Part shown: positions 1 through 9,692 of the stretch, one piece after another
Position numbering within the stretch: the first letter of the stretch is position 1
Layout: every line of letters begins with the position of its first letter
Assembly: GCA_963719315.1 (NCBI GenBank)
Contig: CAVRBU010000006.1
Coordinates: 246,801 to 310,800 of the forward strand
Origin: an uncultured Planctomycetota bacterium
GTDB lineage: Bacteria; Planctomycetota; Planctomycetia; Pirellulales; Lacipirellulaceae
Length of the DNA stretch: 64,000 nt
Direction of reading: 5' to 3'
Program-made: the position numbers and the translations under genes
The notes under the pieces: model-generated
What the model saw: the letters and a program-made list of their open reading frames with translations, nothing else
Databases searched by the model: none
What the model was told of the DNA's origin: nothing

Positions 1-68
1 ACGCTGCGATCCCGCGGCCGCCCCAGAAAACCGGCGGAGCCGAATTCTGATGTTGGCGCCACGAGCCG

Positions 69-90
69 AAAATGACTCCCGTCGCCTTTA
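69..90 (-). repeat. Module-boundary motif copy A (TAAAGGCGACGGGAGTCATTTT on minus strand)
   Basis: Near-identical to copies at 915-935, 2659-2680, 2909-3930 (IS-split) and 4524-4540. Confidence 0.75.
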
Positions 91-172
91 CTTCATTCAA
101 TTGCAGTTTTATACCCCTCTGTTAGAATGTTCCTCTTGGGACTATAAAGCATCCAAATGTAGGAGCGCGCTA

Positions 173-901
173 ATGAGATTATCACTTCGTGTTTGCACTT
201 CGGTATCCACTTGTGTTGTCGCGTTTATCGGCGTGCGAATGACTCAAGCCACGGAATTTGTCGTTAGTTACAAACAGAATATCTATGGTGCTGGGCTCCC
301 TTACACTCCTGACATAATTGGTGATGGTCTGCCGCCATCCGTGTTTTATTTCACGGCAGGACCTAATCAGGCCGTTACATTTTCACCAGCTAGTGGAACA
401 GTCAATGGTTTTGGCGGAACGAGGCCCAGTACTGACAATCCAGATGGCTATGGCCCAAGTTCAAATCCGTTTCCCCCTGGTCAGTCTCCGACGGCACCGG
501 CTGATTACCCCGGCTTCATGGGTTTGTCGGGACTGCGAGATGTGAACAACTCAGGCTACTTGATTGGTGTATTTCTGACCGACTCGCCGCCAGCCCAGCC
601 GGCACCGCCAACTCTCGACTTTTCCAACAATAAGTCGTTCGCGAGCCTATCACCACTGACTGGTCAATTGTTCTTTATCGGCGACGGACTTACGGGGACA
701 GGGACAGGTGATGTGCAGAAGTTTCTCGTCCCGCCAACCGCGACACGACTTTACATGGGGTTTATAGACTCATTCTTTGTGGACAATCTCGGAGCAATAA
801 CTGCAAACGTCGAGATCAGTATGGTCCCAGAACCTTCTGCCTTGCTGTTGCTCGGCATTGGTGAGGTCGGTCTGCTCGGCTATCGCAAACGCACTCGCTA
901 A
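173..901 (+). CDS. PEP-CTERM sorting domain surface protein
   Basis: AGGAG at 161-165 before ATG 173; signal-like N-terminus; C-terminus VPEPSALLLLGIG...RKRTR. Confidence 0.85.
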   Translation: MRLSLRVCTSVSTCVVAFIGVRMTQATEFVVSYKQNIYGAGLPYTPDIIGDGLPPSVFYFTAGPNQAVTFSPASGTVNGFGGTRPSTDNPDGYGPSSNPFPPGQSPTAPADYPGFMGLSGLRDVNNSGYLIGVFLTDSPPAQPAPPTLDFSNNKSFASLSPLTGQLFFIGDGLTGTGTGDVQKFLVPPTATRLYMGFIDSFFVDNLGAITANVEISMVPEPSALLLLGIGEVGLLGYRKRTR

Positions 902-914
902 TCAGTCTTTAGCC

Positions 915-935
915 AAAAATGACTCCCTCCCCTTG
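915..935 (-). repeat. Module-boundary motif copy B
   Basis: aaaaatgactccctccccttg; reverse complement AAGGGGA-GGGAGTCATTTTT, just after the PEP-CTERM stop. Confidence 0.7.
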
Positions 936-991
936 ATTCCATCCGCGAGGTTGAGCGACTGATTGATTCGTTGTCCTGGCTGGTAGTACCA

Positions 992-1789
992 ATGGCTAGA
1001 CGTAATCCATTTGATGGAGTCATTGTCAAACGAATGTCCACCCAGGAAGGCTACCTCTACACTTTCGATAAGAATGACCGCCTGTGTTGGGATAAAGAAA
1101 ATGCGGAGCGAGTTATTCTCCATCAAGACTTGCGCAGAGATTATGAGGGAATGCGCGTAGGACAACTTGGATGGACGGTGCCGGGCACTACGGACGGATA
1201 CGAGAGGATTGACGTTCAATTCGACTGTGGACAACGCCTGACGCTGAAAACCTGTTTCCTACTCCGCGTCCCACCAGAAAACGCAAGCACACTTGCGCAG
1301 GCGATGATTGACGAGTACCGAGGCACCATGCAGGATGCAGACCCGGAGGCAGCACAAGCAGCGAAAGTCGCCGCGATTAAAGGGTTGTACGACGACAAAA
1401 TCGACTATGCCGACTTAGTGCAAATGGGTGACGGTCCCCAGCAGGTGTATGCGTTCACTTATCCAAGTCTTGTTGAATTGGCGCACCTGAAACAGCAAGA
1501 GTTCTATCCCATCAAGATCGGATATACGGCAGATTGGGACTTCGGTGCTTTCAGTCGTTTGAATATGCTAATCCAGGACGGCACGGCATTGCCTGAAAAA
1601 CTACATCTCCTTTTCGTCATCAAGTGTAAAGACGGTCGGGCCATCGAGACTGCCATACAGCGAATCCTGCGCACCAAGCAACGTTGCGTGAAAACTGCCA
1701 TTGGTCGAGAGTGGTTCCTGAGCAATGTGGAGGAGCTTCACCGTCTCTTTGAACAGTGCATGGAAATGGAGCGCAACCAGGATTGTTGA
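992..1789 (+). CDS. GIY-YIG-like / T5orf172 domain protein
   Basis: C-terminal VYAF...IKIGYT...IETAIQRILR...GREWF motifs typical of T5orf172/MUG113. Confidence 0.7.
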   Translation: MARRNPFDGVIVKRMSTQEGYLYTFDKNDRLCWDKENAERVILHQDLRRDYEGMRVGQLGWTVPGTTDGYERIDVQFDCGQRLTLKTCFLLRVPPENASTLAQAMIDEYRGTMQDADPEAAQAAKVAAIKGLYDDKIDYADLVQMGDGPQQVYAFTYPSLVELAHLKQQEFYPIKIGYTADWDFGAFSRLNMLIQDGTALPEKLHLLFVIKCKDGRAIETAIQRILRTKQRCVKTAIGREWFLSNVEELHRLFEQCMEMERNQDC

Positions 1790-2147
1790 ATTCGCCAACT
1801 ACGATCCAAAATCACCAAAAACACCGACGCTATACATGCCAGTTACCTACCGGTTGTGCCGCGAATTCCTCACCATTGTTTCCCGCCACTGACTCCCACA
1901 AAAAACAGAGAAAACTCACCGACTACAACTATGACACCTGAAAACATGACGACACCGAAGAAAAAGTTCAAAACAGCATGGTTTGTAAGTACCCTCGCTT
2001 CACCAGTCATCCTACGCATCTGGAGGCCGACGTTCGATACGCCCCATGCTCTGCCAAATGGTCTTGCGCCACTCTTCGTGTAACGCTTCGCTTTGTGTGC
2101 GCTTGAACCATTCATCCGACTGTGAGTCCAAAATCTGAATCCCTAGG

Positions 2148-2597
2148 TCAATTCGCATCGCAGTTACCATTATCCGCGATGGCTTGAGTCAGTGCGTCAT
2201 AGTTAGCACGGCTGAACACACCGAATCCATGATCCTCAGCAATGTTGAGCAATTCATGGTTGGCTCGCATTACGATGACGCTGAGAGCAATCACGCGCGC
2301 ACCGCCAAACACTTGTAGACGGCTGTGGGCCGCAACGATTGCTCGATTGCTTTTGTCAAAGTCCTGTACCGATGCGTGGCGTATCGCTTCAGCATTCTCA
2401 TCGACGGCCGCAAGCATCCGCTCATAGACGTTGAATCGTTCCTGCCAAAGCCGCTCCGCCATTGGCTCCCAACGTGATGCGCGGCGGTATGCTTCCGTTT
2501 TCCGAAGTTGCCACCATGCGGCAAACAATGCTAAGGCCGTGCCGCCAAGTGCGCCTAACGCGGATAGTAAGATGGTCTGCCACCAAGGCGCTTGCAT
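2148..2597 (-). CDS. Hypothetical membrane-anchored protein
   Basis: 149-aa ORF with an N-terminal hydrophobic helix followed by a helical domain. Confidence 0.6.
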   Translation of the reverse strand: MQAPWWQTILLSALGALGGTALALFAAWWQLRKTEAYRRASRWEPMAERLWQERFNVYERMLAAVDENAEAIRHASVQDFDKSNRAIVAAHSRLQVFGGARVIALSVIVMRANHELLNIAEDHGFGVFSRANYDALTQAIADNGNCDAN

Positions 2598-2658
2598 TGT
2601 CTATATCCAGTACCAGGCAAGTCCGAAAATCAGCAGCACTAGGAATCAAAGTAAACTC

Positions 2659-2680
2659 TAAAGGTAACGGGAGTCATTTT
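2659..2680 (+). repeat. Module-boundary motif copy C (TAAAGGTAACGGGAGTCATTTT)
   Basis: Direct match to consensus of the other copies. Confidence 0.75.
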
Positions 2681-2890
2681 ATTGAGATCACGAGCACCGT
2701 TGCTATACGGCTCGTCAAAAACTCTCACCTCGCCACAAACGGTCGTGCTCTCCGGACTTTGTTCCCTCCGGGCCTTGGCGCTGGCGTTTTCCACAACAAT
2801 TCTTGAACATCCTTCCGCTCCCACATCGACAACGGCGATTCCCTGCCGGCTTGCTCGATCCGCGCTTAGCGATTGCCCGCCTTTGCAGCG
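2669..2890 (-). pseudogene. Diverged duplicate of the 3' end and downstream flank of the SEC-C gene (4528-4749)
   Basis: Colinear ~220-bp match encoding QRRAIAKRGSSKPAGNRRCRCGSGRMFKNCCGKRQRQG; no 5' part of the gene. Confidence 0.85.
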
Positions 2891-2922
2891 AGGAAAAAAA
2901 GAGGAAAAAAAGGGAACGGGAG

Positions 2923-3914
2923 TGCTCAGTAGAAAACGTCTGAATGCTAGCTAAACATCGGTGTGTGTTGGTTCGTATGACGGTGGATGAAGACGAGCAA
3001 GAGTCCGAAGCGCGTGTTGGTCGAGGCACTGGCCGTGGCCCAGGCTTCGCTGCCGCGGTACTCGCATCGGTTCAGCCCACGGGTCTTCACGCAGCATCAA
3101 CTGTTTGCCTGTCTGGTGCTCAAGGATTTTTACAACCTGACCTATCGGGGCACCGTTGGCCTGTTGGCGGACAGCGATTCGCTGTGCGAAGCGATCGGCC
3201 TGGAAAAGGTGCCCCACTTCACGACGCTGCAAAAGTCGGCCGATCGGTTGTTGGTGAAGAAGTCGTTTCAACGGCTGATCACGGCCACGGTCCAGCGGGC
3301 ACGGAAGGCCAAGCTGCTCCGCCGCTCCGTGCGATTGGCAGCCATCGACACCAGCGGCTTCGAAGCGCGGCACACCAGTCGCTACTATGCCTGGCGTCGA
3401 AAAAAGGTGGGAAAACACGGACGAACGTGCGCCGTCTCCTATCGCCGCTACCCCAAGCTGGGCGTGGTCTGCGACACGACGAGTCATTTCTGCCTGGCGG
3501 CCCGGGCTAGCCAGGGACCGCGGCCCGACTTCGGCGATTTCCGCCCGCTCGTCGTCGAAGCGCAGGCTCGCACCGGAGTGAAGGCGGTCGCGGCGGACGC
3601 CGGCTTCGACAGCGAAGCCAACCACGTGTTGGCCCGCGACGAACTGGGGATTCAGTCCCTGATCCCCGCCGAGCACGGCCGACCGCCGGCCGGGGAACCC
3701 GTGGGCCGCTATCGAAAGCAGATGAAACGTCATTTGCACGAAAGTCGTTATGGACAACGTTGGCAGGTGGAAACCGTCTACTCGATGATCAAACGTCTCT
3801 CGGGAGAAGTCGTCAACGCCCGCACCCACTGGCGCCGCTGCCGACTCCTGCTCCTCAAAACACTCACTCACAACATCTCGATTCTCAGACAACACCTAGG
3901 TTTTCTACTGAGCA
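2923..3914 (+). mobile_element. Insertion sequence, 992 bp, IS5/IS4-superfamily DDE element
   Basis: Perfect 15-bp TIRs TGCTCAGTAGAAAAC (2923-2937) / GTTTTCTACTGAGCA (3900-3914); 9-bp direct repeat GAACGGGAG at 2914-2922 and 3915-3923. Confidence 0.92.
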
Positions 3915-3958
3915 GAACGGGAGTCATTTCTACGGGAAGTGTCGCTCGTCTCCTATAG
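2987..3958 (+). CDS. DDE transposase (DDE_Tnp_1-like)
   Basis: AIDTSG, ADAGFDS and YGQRWQVETVYSMIKR (YREK-type) motifs; ORF runs past the right TIR. Confidence 0.9.
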   Translation: MKTSKSPKRVLVEALAVAQASLPRYSHRFSPRVFTQHQLFACLVLKDFYNLTYRGTVGLLADSDSLCEAIGLEKVPHFTTLQKSADRLLVKKSFQRLITATVQRARKAKLLRRSVRLAAIDTSGFEARHTSRYYAWRRKKVGKHGRTCAVSYRRYPKLGVVCDTTSHFCLAARASQGPRPDFGDFRPLVVEAQARTGVKAVAADAGFDSEANHVLARDELGIQSLIPAEHGRPPAGEPVGRYRKQMKRHLHESRYGQRWQVETVYSMIKRLSGEVVNARTHWRRCRLLLLKTLTHNISILRQHLGFLLSRTGVISTGSVARLL

Positions 3959-3978
3959 CCTCTCCCAATGTCGGAAGA

Positions 3979-4248
3979 TTAGTAGTGATAGCGGCAGGCC
4001 AGGATGCGGATTCTCTCGTTGCTTAATTGGTATACCAAACGATGTTCGTCATCAATCCGCTTGGACCAGCACCCGGCGAGCTCGTGTTTGAGTGGTTCTG
4101 GTTTGCCAACGCCGCCGAACGGATCGGTGGAGGTTTCCTGGACAAGCCGGAGAATGCGCGTCGCCTTCTTGCGATCGTGCTGGATCCACCAGGCCAGATC
4201 GTCGAGCGCGGCGGCGTCAAATTCCAAGCTTCTGGCGGGCTTCGTCAA
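3979..4248 (-). CDS. yoeB: Txe/YoeB family toxin
   Basis: DPFGGVGKPEPLKHELAGCWSKRIDDEHRLVY...CRYHY; probable TTG start overlapping the antitoxin. Confidence 0.9.
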   Translation of the reverse strand: MTKPARSLEFDAAALDDLAWWIQHDRKKATRILRLVQETSTDPFGGVGKPEPLKHELAGCWSKRIDDEHRLVYQLSNERIRILACRYHY

Positions 4249-4429
4249 GCGTAACGCCTCCGATTCGATCCTTGGCTTCGAGAAGACGCTTGCGCATGGC
4301 ATCGCTATTGAGCAGGTAGGCGGTTTCGCGCTCAGATTCGATTTCGCGCCAGACTTCAATTGGCACAATCACGGCGATCGCGTTGCCACTGTCGTCGGAG
4401 ACGTATTGAACGGGCGTGTCGGCGGGCAT
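4217..4429 (-). CDS. Antitoxin (Phd/YefM-like)
   Basis: 70 aa directly upstream of YoeB; ETAYLLNS...RLLEA motif. Confidence 0.8.
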   Translation of the reverse strand: MPADTPVQYVSDDSGNAIAVIVPIEVWREIESERETAYLLNSDAMRKRLLEAKDRIGGVTLDEARQKLGI

Positions 4430-4523
4430 TTTTACAATTGCAAAACCAGTGGTGGGGCGGTTCGAATGCGTATTTTATTATACCCGAATTTACCGGCCGC
4501 ACGTGGGGAAATACACGGTGATA

Positions 4524-4540
4524 TAAAGGGAGTCATTTTC
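4524..4540 (+). repeat. Module-boundary motif copy E (internally shortened, TAAAGGGAGTCATTTTC)
   Basis: Lies between the SEC-C gene and the TA pair. Confidence 0.65.
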
Positions 4541-4615
4541 TTGAGATCACGAGCATGGTTGCTATACGGCTCGCCAAAAATTCTTCCCGCGACGCGGACG
4601 GTCTCCCTCTACGTC

Positions 4616-5479
4616 CTATCTTCCCTCTTGGCCTTGGCGCTGGCGTTTTCCACAACAATTCTTGAACATCTTTCCGCTCCCACATCGGCAACGGCGATTC
4701 CCTGCCGGCTTCGTTGATCCGCGCTTAGCGATTGCCCGCCTTTGCTGCGCCGATATCCCGGCCGGCCGGGAATCTTTCGCATCGTCGCACCATTGTGACG
4801 GGGTCGATCCCTCATAGCGGACATGGGATGAAGCGCCCCGCTCCAGGAAACCACGGATCAATGGGGCCGGGTCCTCGCGTCCGTCATCTACGCCCATGCT
4901 CAGCTTGCGTTGCCATGCCGCCGATTCGTCGCTGCTCAGAACCCCCAAGGGAAGCGCCGCGCCAGTCGTCGTGACGAACGCACCAAAGTCCAGCAGCCGT
5001 GTCGCAAGCAACACGCCGGGCCGTGCCGTTTCGGAGAAACCCATGTCAACCAGCAGTCGCGTCTCGTCTGTAAACAAGTTCTTGATATGACAACCCACGC
5101 CCGGCTCGATGCGAGTCACGATTACCAGCGCATACTTGGCATGGCGCATCGCCTGCAAGCACGCCATCTCGTCGGAGTCAGGATCGGGCGAATGGTCTTG
5201 CAGGTATTGGTCAATCGCATTACGACCGCTGCGATAAACGTCGTAGATGCAGTAATCCATCAGCACCGAGGACTCGTCTTCGTTGTCGAAGACGAATGTT
5301 CCGCGCCGCAGGATGCCAAGTTTCTTGCCCCCTTCCTCGAGCGCATTGCGCGAAAGCCGTCCAACCAGTTCATTGTTCAGACGCAAGCGCAGCGGGCGAA
5401 GTCGCTGGTAGAGAGCAACAATCTCTGCCGTGTCCGTGGGCTGGCTGGGTCCGTGCTTGAGGAATCCGAAGAGACCCAT
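4616..5479 (-). CDS. SEC-C motif (zinc-binding) domain protein
   Basis: C-terminal NRRCRCGSGKMFKNCCG; AGGAGGTGA RBS upstream. Confidence 0.85.
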   Translation of the reverse strand: MGLFGFLKHGPSQPTDTAEIVALYQRLRPLRLRLNNELVGRLSRNALEEGGKKLGILRRGTFVFDNEDESSVLMDYCIYDVYRSGRNAIDQYLQDHSPDPDSDEMACLQAMRHAKYALVIVTRIEPGVGCHIKNLFTDETRLLVDMGFSETARPGVLLATRLLDFGAFVTTTGAALPLGVLSSDESAAWQRKLSMGVDDGREDPAPLIRGFLERGASSHVRYEGSTPSQWCDDAKDSRPAGISAQQRRAIAKRGSTKPAGNRRCRCGSGKMFKNCCGKRQRQGQEGR

Positions 5480-5513
5480 GATTCACCTCCTTGTCGGAAT
5501 AATAAAGGGGACG

Positions 5514-7391
5514 TTAGCGGTCGATGTGATATTGCTCGATCTTTCGATACAGCGTGGCCCTGCCGATGCCCAGCAGCTTGGCCGCTTCGGGGACGTTGTC
5601 GGCCGTGCGGTTGAGGGCTTCGGTGATGAGGCGTTTTTCCCATTCGTCGATCCGGAGCGTTTCCAGCTCGCTGCTGCCGGAGTCGCGAAGGGCCAAGTCC
5701 TGCGGGCGGATCGAGTCTTCGTCGGCCAGCACGACGGCGCTATCCAGCACGTTGCGAAGCTGCCTGACGTTGCCGGGCCAGCGATAGGCGATCAGCTTCG
5801 CGCGGGCCGCGTCGGACAGGCCGAGGTTCGGTCGGCCGTGTAGCCGGCGGAAGTGATCCAGGAAGAAATCCATGAGGAGCGGGAGGTCTTCGCCCCGGTC
5901 ACGGAGCGGCGGCAGGTACAACTCGAAAACGCTGAGTCGATAGTACAAGTCTTCGCGAAAACGCTTGTCGCGAACATAGGTTTGCAAGTTCTGGTTCGTC
6001 GCCGCGATGACGCGGACATCCACGCTGATTTCTTCCGTCGCGCCGACCGGCAGAAACGGATGGCCTTCGAGAATCCGCAGCAGCTTCGCCTGTCCCTCGA
6101 GCGTCAGCTCGCCGACTTCGTCCAGGAAGAGCGTGCCCAGATCGGCCTGTTGGAAGAATCCGATGTGGTCGCGGTCGGCACTAGTAAACGAGCCGGCCTT
6201 GTGGCCAAACAGTTGGCTCTCGATGAGGTCGCCCGGAATGGCGGCGCAATTGACCGAGACCATGGGCCGATCGGCCCGCGGGCTGGTGCGATGGATGGCC
6301 CGCGCCACGAGCTCCTTGCCGGAGCCGCTCTCGCCGCGGACCAGCACGCAACCCGGTGCGCGGGCGACACGATTGATTTTCGATTTGAGATCGCGCATCG
6401 GCGGGCAGTTGCCGATGAGTTCGTCGTGGCCGGGCGATTTTTCGACGAGCCGCTGGTAATCGCTTTGGAGGGTCGTCAGGGCGCGGGCCCGCACGAGCGA
6501 AATGGCCACGATGTTGGCCACCGAGATGATGAAGTCGAAATCCGACTGGCGGAATCGGCCGTCTTCCAAATACACGTGGATCGCACCGAGCGTCGTGCGT
6601 TCGCCGTCTTCGTTGCGGCGGACGAGCGGCGCGCAGACGGCGTCGGCAAAATGGCCCAAGTCTCGGGTACCCTCTGGGTGGCCTTCTTTCGACGCCTGAT
6701 TTGCCACCCACACCGCGTGCCCTTGTCGCGAGACGAGCTCGGTGAGCGATTGATTGAGCGTGACGCGGTTGGCCGCGTCTTTGGGAATCACCAGCTTCGG
6801 TTGCAGGCTGCCCTCATCGCTGACCGATAGGAATCCGACGACCGATGCGCTGGTGCGCTTCCGCAACAAATCGAGTGCGATTTCGAGCACGCGATTCGGA
6901 TCGCCGCAGCCGAGCAGCTTGATGCAAAGTTGGTAGAGCAGCATCAACTCTTTGACTTGCTCGGTACTGGGCAGGCCGGCGAGCGCATCTTCGTGCGATT
7001 CTTGCACGGCGATCGGCAGGTCTTGCACGATCGTCTGCATGAGCTGCGGATCGTCGCCCTTGGCCGTGGGCGGCTCCTCGGATTCGTGGAATTCGAACTC
7101 GGCCGAGCCGACGCGGATCGTGTTGCCGTCGATGACCGTCGCTTCGTCGATCTTCTGGCCATTGACGAGGGTGCCGTTGCGGCTGCCGTCATCGCGAATG
7201 ACCCAGCCGTCGGGAGTGGAGGTGAGCGTGGCGTGAACGCGCGAGCAGAGCGGATCCTGCAATGAAATGTGGCAATCGGTGCCCCGGCCGATGAGCGTGG
7301 TGCGGCGGGAATCGAGCGGAAAATTGGTGCCGGCGCGAGGGCCCGTGAGGATCGTAAGATATGCGTAAAGTCCGCGGCTGGTGACCGTCAT
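5514..7391 (-). CDS. Sigma-54-dependent transcriptional activator (FHA-GAF-AAA+-Fis HTH)
   Basis: FHA (IGR..SRVH..SRNGT), GESGSGKE, GSFTSA (GAFTGA variant), LFLDEVGEL, WPGNVRQL, LGIGRATLYRKI. Confidence 0.92.
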   Translation of the reverse strand: MTVTSRGLYAYLTILTGPRAGTNFPLDSRRTTLIGRGTDCHISLQDPLCSRVHATLTSTPDGWVIRDDGSRNGTLVNGQKIDEATVIDGNTIRVGSAEFEFHESEEPPTAKGDDPQLMQTIVQDLPIAVQESHEDALAGLPSTEQVKELMLLYQLCIKLLGCGDPNRVLEIALDLLRKRTSASVVGFLSVSDEGSLQPKLVIPKDAANRVTLNQSLTELVSRQGHAVWVANQASKEGHPEGTRDLGHFADAVCAPLVRRNEDGERTTLGAIHVYLEDGRFRQSDFDFIISVANIVAISLVRARALTTLQSDYQRLVEKSPGHDELIGNCPPMRDLKSKINRVARAPGCVLVRGESGSGKELVARAIHRTSPRADRPMVSVNCAAIPGDLIESQLFGHKAGSFTSADRDHIGFFQQADLGTLFLDEVGELTLEGQAKLLRILEGHPFLPVGATEEISVDVRVIAATNQNLQTYVRDKRFREDLYYRLSVFELYLPPLRDRGEDLPLLMDFFLDHFRRLHGRPNLGLSDAARAKLIAYRWPGNVRQLRNVLDSAVVLADEDSIRPQDLALRDSGSSELETLRIDEWEKRLITEALNRTADNVPEAAKLLGIGRATLYRKIEQYHIDR

Positions 7392-7550
7392 AGTATCGCC
7401 CGGCGAATTCGGCGGAACGGGAGCGAAACTGCATGGTACACCAGCGCGGGCCGGCTTGGAATTGGCCCGGCGATGCGGATAATGGCGTTGTTCGGTTGGG
7501 GCTCCCGCCACCGACAGCAGTACCAATACTCAAGCATTAAGGAAAGCGAC

Positions 7551-8261
7551 ATGGTCACCGACCCGCGGTTCGATGTGCAACCAGACGAATACACCGACCC
7601 GCAGAAGCGGCGCAGCAAGTGGGCGAGTTGCCTGATCGGGTGCCTCATAATTTTGGGGGTGATGCTGGTGGTGGCGATCCTGGTTGCCGTTTGGGTCAGT
7701 CGAAACTGGCGCGGCTGGACCGCAGACTTTGGGTCGATGGCGATGAACCAGGCAATCGACGATTCCACCATGCCCCCGCAAGAAAAGGGCGAAGTGAAAG
7801 TGCAAGTCGAGCGCGTTGCGACAGCACTGCGAGATGGCCGGATAGGCGCCGCGCAGGCGGGTGCGATCTTCACCAAAGTGATGGATTCGCCACTGATGCC
7901 CACGCTAGTCGTGGCCGCCATCGGCCAGCACTATTTCGAGCAGTCGAAACTGAGCGACGAAGAAAAAACCGAGGGGCGTCAAACGCTCAACCGTTTTGCC
8001 CGCGCGATCATCGACAAGAAAGTCGACAAGAAGGGGATCGATGCCGTGATGATGCATATTGCCGATCGGCGATCGAATGGTCGGTGGCAATTTCGCCCGC
8101 AAGTGAGCGACGAAGAGTTACGTGCGGCGTTGGCTGAAGCAAAATCGCAAGCGGACGCAGCGGGAATCGCCGCCGAGCCGACGGATATTGACTTCTCGGA
8201 AGAATTCAAACGAATTATCGACGAGGAATTGCCGGCTAATTCGCGCTGGTCCGACTACTGA
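7551..8261 (+). CDS. Hypothetical membrane-anchored protein
   Basis: AAGGA RBS, ATG 7551; SCLIGCLIILGVMLVVAILVAVWV transmembrane segment. Confidence 0.7.
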   Translation: MVTDPRFDVQPDEYTDPQKRRSKWASCLIGCLIILGVMLVVAILVAVWVSRNWRGWTADFGSMAMNQAIDDSTMPPQEKGEVKVQVERVATALRDGRIGAAQAGAIFTKVMDSPLMPTLVVAAIGQHYFEQSKLSDEEKTEGRQTLNRFARAIIDKKVDKKGIDAVMMHIADRRSNGRWQFRPQVSDEELRAALAEAKSQADAAGIAAEPTDIDFSEEFKRIIDEELPANSRWSDY

Positions 8262-9428
8262 GTCATTACACCAGGACCACGTGCAGCCACGCGGCCGGGC
8301 GTCGCGCTTTCGTACGCGCTGAACTCGGCCCAGATCGGGTAGTGGTCGGAGACTTGCAGGGCCTGATCGAGCGTGAGGTTGTGGAGGCGCTGGACGTCGT
8401 ACACGCCCCAGCGGCCGCTGAACTCGGTCGTTGAGGGTCGGTGGATGATGATGTTGTCGTACTGGGCGTTCTGGCGAGTGTTCGTGTAGGCGCCGCGGAC
8501 GATGGGCTGCACGCCATCCAGACGGCCGAGGTCGCCGAGGTGTTTGTCGTCGACGTTCAGGTCGCCCAATAGGATGATGTCGTCTTCGCCGCCCGAAGCG
8601 CGGCGGACCGCTTGATACACTTGCGCGAGGGCGTTGAGTTCCGGGCCGGTTTCATCCGGGTCGGTGTGCATGTCGACGAGCACGAACGTGAAAGCTTGCT
8701 CGGGCGGTGGGCCGCGGACGCGAAACATCGCCACCAGCGGCTCGCGGTGAAGCAAATCGTCGGGGTCGTTCACCGTGAATACACTGCGGCGATTGACCTC
8801 GATCGTGGCCGTGTCGTAGATGAACGCGTACTGTTCCTTGCTGACCGTGCGGCCCAGTCGCGGGCCGACTACTTTGTCGTAGACGCGGCCGTTCGTGTTC
8901 ACGTACGTGCGGAGGAAATTATCGATGAAGTAGTCATCCTGTGTGCGGATTTCTTGGATCGCGACGACGGAAAAATTCTGAATGATGGCGGCCAGCGTGG
9001 CCATGACATACGGCTTCGAGGCCTTGGCGTCGCCGAACACCTGAATGTTGAACGAGGCGATGCGGATCGCAGGGCCGCCGAACATGGGTGTGGGCGGCGT
9101 GGGATTCGTAACCACCGATTGCGACGCGTAGCTAGCCGGCACCTGGGCCGACTGCGTTTGGGAATTCGACGTTCTGATAGTTCTGAGCCGGGTAGCTCGG
9201 ATTCTGGTAGCTAGGATACGACGGGGCGTTGCCGTAATTCGAATTGCCGTAGTTGCCAGCAGGCGGGAACGGTCCGCCGAATTGTCCTTGTTGTCCTTGG
9301 GCGCCGAACTGTCCCTGGGTGACTTGGGCCAGGATATCGCCCAACTTTCCCTGCCCGGGGCCCTTGGTGAAATACCACCCGCCCGCGGAAAGCAGGGCCA
9401 CCAGAAATACAGAATAAGAACGAGGCAC
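8255..9428 (-). CDS. DNase I-like endonuclease/exonuclease/phosphatase (one frameshift near 9150)
   Basis: IASFNIQVFG, AIQEIR, EQYAFIYD, LLGDLN, YDNII, SDHYPIW; N-terminus in ORF 9132-9446 with AAGGAG RBS. Confidence 0.88.
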
Positions 9429-9692
9429 GGGCCCCTCCTTGGGCATGCGAATGCGCGCAACGCGACCGCCATTAGCGCAGTCGGCAGAATTCGGGCGGGC
9501 AGGTTAGTGAATCTGAAAACGGCTGATTGGATGAGCCGTTTCAGCAATTCGATTACGATAGCAAGCTGGCAAAATAAGCCCTGATAGGGCTATCGCATGT
9601 GGCCCTTTCAGGGCCGCGCGATTCATTGCAGTCACGCGGAGAAACGATGAATCAAACAGAAGATGTTCGTTGTCCGCTTGGACGGGAGGGTC

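Noticed and set aside
1856..2115. Short ORFs and a TGACTCCC core at 1890-1897 as another cassette
   Set aside because: Only 8 bp of the motif match and the ORFs have no recognisable features.
69..5513. Classical integron or CRISPR array
   Set aside because: No intI, no attC-type RYYYAAC...GTTRRRY palindromes; spacing is gene-sized and irregular, no cas genes.
5853..6830. Long antisense ORFs (also 2951-3895, 15241-16602, 27206-28912, 48957-49880)
   Set aside because: Shadows of real genes in GC-rich DNA, with no motifs.
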